63,988 nt of DNA, taken from the NCBI GenBank assembly GCA_963765575.1, contig CAVXWZ010000003.1, positions 1 through 63,988 on the forward strand, given 5' to 3'. The stretch is from an uncultured cyanobacterium. GTDB lineage: Bacteria; Cyanobacteriota; Cyanobacteriia; PCC-6307; Cyanobiaceae. Shown here one piece after another: positions 61,114 through 63,988 of the stretch. The position numbers and the translations under genes were made by a program. The notes under the pieces were generated by a model, which saw only the letters and a list, made by a program, of their open reading frames with translations, made no database searches and had not been told where the DNA came from. Every line of letters begins with the position of its first letter. Position 1 is the stretch's first letter.

Positions 61114-61211
61114 GTGTGACCTCCTTGTGAGGTTCCTACACATTAGTTCCTTCGGGCTGGTTGAGGGGGCAAGCAAAGGCATGGCACCTGGCATGGGCTT
61201 CTCCTCCACCA

Positions 61212-61250
61212 GTGCCACCCCCGTCTCACCCCGGCCAGGATGCCCCCATG
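61212..61250 (+). repeat. Spacer repeat family A, copy 4 (leader of the long HNH-HIT gene)
   Basis: GTGCCACCCCCGTCTCACCCCGGCCAGGATGCCCCCATG. Confidence 0.9.
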
Positions 61251-62202
61251 CCCCGCACCCCCTCCGCCACCTACGAGCGCCTGCGCGACACCATCGCCAA
61301 GCACATGCGCATGAGCCCCATCGACCAACCGCTGATGCTCATGGAACTGCTGGGCCGCCGCAGCCCGGCCCCAGCGCAGGACGTGGCCCGGCGGATCCTG
61401 GGCAGCGGATGGTGGGCAAGGTGCTCACCGGCAACGGCATCACCCGCTGCGGCAACGGCGCCTACACCCTGATCGGCGGCGACGAGCTGAGCGACGCCGA
61501 GCGCGACGGCTGCAGCAGCTGTGCCGCCAGCGCCTCGATGCCTTCCGCGAGCAGCGCGGCGAGGAGGTGTTTGCCCACCGCAGCCGCCACCGCAGCCCGG
61601 GGCCGCTGCGAGTGCTGCGGCGCCCACGAGCACCAGCGGGCCCTGGAGGTGGACCACATCATCCCCAGAAACCAGGGCGGCTCCGACGCCATCAGCAACC
61701 TGCAGGCGCTCTGCTTCCGCTGCAACGCCGGCAAGCGCGACGGCTGTTTGCCTACGCAAGAGGGCGCACCGACTTCCGCGGTGTGCAGGCCAGCTACGGC
61801 CACCGCGAAGCGGGCTGTGTGTTCTGCGCGCTGGAGGGCAGCGGCCGGGTGCTGCTGGAGAACGAGCTGGCGCTCTGCATCGCCGATGCCTATCCGGTGA
61901 GCGAGGGGCACAGCCTGGTGATCCCGCGTCGTCATGGGGCCGACGGGCTGGAGCTGCACCAGCCGGAGTGGAACGCCGTGGTGGAGCTGCTGAAGCTGCG
62001 GCGGGAGCAGCTGCAGTGCCCAGGACGCTCGATCAGCGGCTGGGCTGGTTTGCTCAACGCAAGAGGGGGGCTGAACTCAGGCGAGGCGGCGGGGCAGACG
62101 GTGTTTCATGCGCACTGGCATCTGATTCCGAGGCGGGAGGGGGATTGTGAGCAGCCGAGGGGTGGGGTGCGGGGGGTGATCCCGTCGAGACGGGCCTACT
62201 GA
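61248..62202 (+). pseudogene. HNH endonuclease-HIT hydrolase fusion, frameshifted
   Basis: CECCG..LEVDHIIP..GGSD..NLQALCFRCNAGK; CVFC..YPVSEGHSLVIP..AGQTVFHAHWHLIPR; spread over several frames. Confidence 0.85.
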
Positions 62203-62252
62203 AGACAGCCAGCCCCACCTCGGCTACAAAGAGGCAACTACTGGCCGGATCC

Positions 62253-63194
62253 GTGCCCTCCTACTGGTGGGTGAACCACAAACAGACCTACCGGCAGGAG
62301 ACCGACGGCGGCTACATCTGGTCGCCGAAGGCCAATGCCAACGGCGCCCGCAACGTGACCTACGACAACCTCACCCGCTGCCAGCGGGGGGATGTGGTGT
62401 TCAGCTATGCCAATGGGCGGATCAGCCAGCTCGGCCTGGTGGAAACGGCGGCGGTCACGGCCCCCAAGCCGCCGGAGTTCGGCTCAGCGGGGGAGAACTG
62501 GAGCCAGGAGGGCTGGCTGGTGCGGGTGAACTGGCAGCCGCTGCGCCAGGCGCTGGTGCCGCAGACGTTCTTTGCGCTGCTGCAACCGCTGCTGCCGGAG
62601 CGCCACAGCCCGATCAGCACCAGCACAGGCCGGGGCAACCAGGGGGTGTACCTGGCCGGGCTGAGCGAAACCCTTGGACCGCTGTTGCTCCAGCTGATCG
62701 AGGAGCACGCCGATCCGGCGGTGCGGGTGCACCTGGTGGTGCTGGCGGAAGAGGGGGAGTACACCGCCGCACTGCTCGATGACATGCAGCGGTTGCGGGA
62801 GGTGCCCAGCAGCACCGAGCGCGATGCGCTCACCAAGGCGCGACTGGGGCAGGGGTTGTTTCGCCATCGGGTGTCGGAGCTGGAGCCGGCCTGCCGGGTC
62901 ACGGGACTGGCGCGGCAGGAGTTCCTGGTGGCCAGCCACATCAAGCCCTGGCGCGATTGCGACAACAGCGAACGGCTGAGCGGATCCAATGGCCTGCTGC
63001 TCTCCCCCCATTTGGACAAGCTGTTTGATCGCCACTGGATCAGCTTCGACTCAGGCGGCGAGCTGGTCTGGCAGCACGAGGCGGCAGGAGAGGCCTTGCG
63101 CTGCTGGGGAATCGAGGGGGCGAACCTGATTCGGCCGTTCAGCCGGGAGCAGGAGAAGTTTCTGAGTGCCCATCGGGAAGGACTGCGACGTTAA
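62253..63194 (+). CDS. EVE/PUA-HNH modification-dependent restriction endonuclease (VcaM4I-like)
   Basis: N-domain YWWVNHKQT..GYIWSP..GD.VFSY..NW..GW..NQG.YL; C-domain ARLGQGLFR, ASHIKPW, NGLLL..DKLFD. Confidence 0.75.
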   Translation: MPSYWWVNHKQTYRQETDGGYIWSPKANANGARNVTYDNLTRCQRGDVVFSYANGRISQLGLVETAAVTAPKPPEFGSAGENWSQEGWLVRVNWQPLRQALVPQTFFALLQPLLPERHSPISTSTGRGNQGVYLAGLSETLGPLLLQLIEEHADPAVRVHLVVLAEEGEYTAALLDDMQRLREVPSSTERDALTKARLGQGLFRHRVSELEPACRVTGLARQEFLVASHIKPWRDCDNSERLSGSNGLLLSPHLDKLFDRHWISFDSGGELVWQHEAAGEALRCWGIEGANLIRPFSREQEKFLSAHREGLRR

Positions 63195-63372
63195 GCGCGT
63201 GGCTGATTAGGTGTGATTGCCAAGGGGCCAATTCAATGATCTCAATTTCACTTAGCTCTAGCAGTTGTTAATGTACATCGCCCACTCCACCTGCCTTGGT
63301 TGAGCCCCAAGAGCATGTTCGTACTGTTGACTGTTGCCATGGCCAAGATTACCTAATCACCGGACAGATGAA

Positions 63373-63948
63373 ATGAAGCCATTCAGAACACTCATCGTTA
63401 TCAGCCTGGCCGTGATCGCGGCCAACTGGGTGCGTGTTTCAACCACGCCTGGCGATCCGGCTACGATTGTCTCCATCACTGATGGTGACACCGTAAGGCT
63501 AAGAAATCAACAAGGTAAAGATATTCGAGTGCGCTTGGCCTGCATCGACGCACCTGAATCCGGAGCGAAGCATGGGAGCACAGCCACCCAGCGTTTGGCA
63601 CAGTTAACACCCGAGGGGTCCATGATTCGATACCAAGACTTGGGAAGCGGGGGATTCGGCAGACGTGCTGGGGAACTTTTTACAGGGACTTGGCCTCTGT
63701 ATTCATCCGCCAACCGCACTCTCGTTCTCGAAGGTAAGGCGGTGGTGTATCCGCAATATGTGAGCAAGTGCGACAGGGTGGCCTTCTGGTGGGACGAGAA
63801 GTGGGCACGCCTCTGGCGACGCGGGGTTCACTCAGACCCACATTTTTGTCCACCATGGCTGGATCGCAGAGGGGCATGCCCTAGTGAAGGCCGATGGGCC
63901 TTCACCTCTTGGATGGAAGCATTGTTGATGAATCCATGGGCCAAGTGA
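63373..63948 (+). CDS. Thermonuclease (SNase-like), secreted or membrane-anchored
   Basis: DGDT, VRLACIDAPE, FGR, N..LV.EG.A. Confidence 0.85.
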   Translation: MKPFRTLIVISLAVIAANWVRVSTTPGDPATIVSITDGDTVRLRNQQGKDIRVRLACIDAPESGAKHGSTATQRLAQLTPEGSMIRYQDLGSGGFGRRAGELFTGTWPLYSSANRTLVLEGKAVVYPQYVSKCDRVAFWWDEKWARLWRRGVHSDPHFCPPWLDRRGACPSEGRWAFTSWMEALLMNPWAK

Positions 63949-63988
63949 TCCCAACTACGGAGGCATGATCAGGCTTGGAGTTCCCCTG

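Noticed and set aside
55900..61300. CRISPR array or classical integron
   Set aside because: Spacing is irregular and gene-sized, the repeats are gene-leader fragments, and no cas genes, intI or attC-like inverted cores were recognised.

Overview
High-GC picocyanobacterial chromosome segment (Cyanobium/Synechococcus-like; inferred from gene content). From left to right: (1) 1-8.5 kb, a type I restriction-modification locus in which hsdS and hsdR are separated by an ABC-type ATPase + DUF4276-like pair and three toxin-antitoxin (TA)-type pairs. (2) 9.5-13.1 kb, a GrrP-GrrA-GrrM triceptide RiPP cluster next to a PiuC-like 2OG-Fe(II) oxygenase and a GEG-repeat lipoprotein. (3) Housekeeping genes (SPFH, ferredoxin, aroB, Rieske/PAO, nadA, class I aldolase, thiD). 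(4) 18.4-29.3 kb, a Na+/bicarbonate module (bicA, NhaS3-like antiporter, Crp regulator, sbtA, sbtB, mrp operon). (5) A lower-GC DUF1254/DUF1214 islet, an alpha/beta-hydrolase-subtilase fusion and stress genes. (6) 55.7-63.9 kb, the most striking part: seven co-oriented TA modules (two decayed), each separated by a repeated copy of the leader and 5' end of an HNH-HIT nuclease gene, ending in that gene, an EVE-HNH restriction nuclease and a thermonuclease. No tRNA, rRNA, CRISPR array, integrase or transposase was recognised. Many genes carry single-base frameshifts that look like long-read assembly errors. All family calls come from motif recognition by eye; no searches were run.
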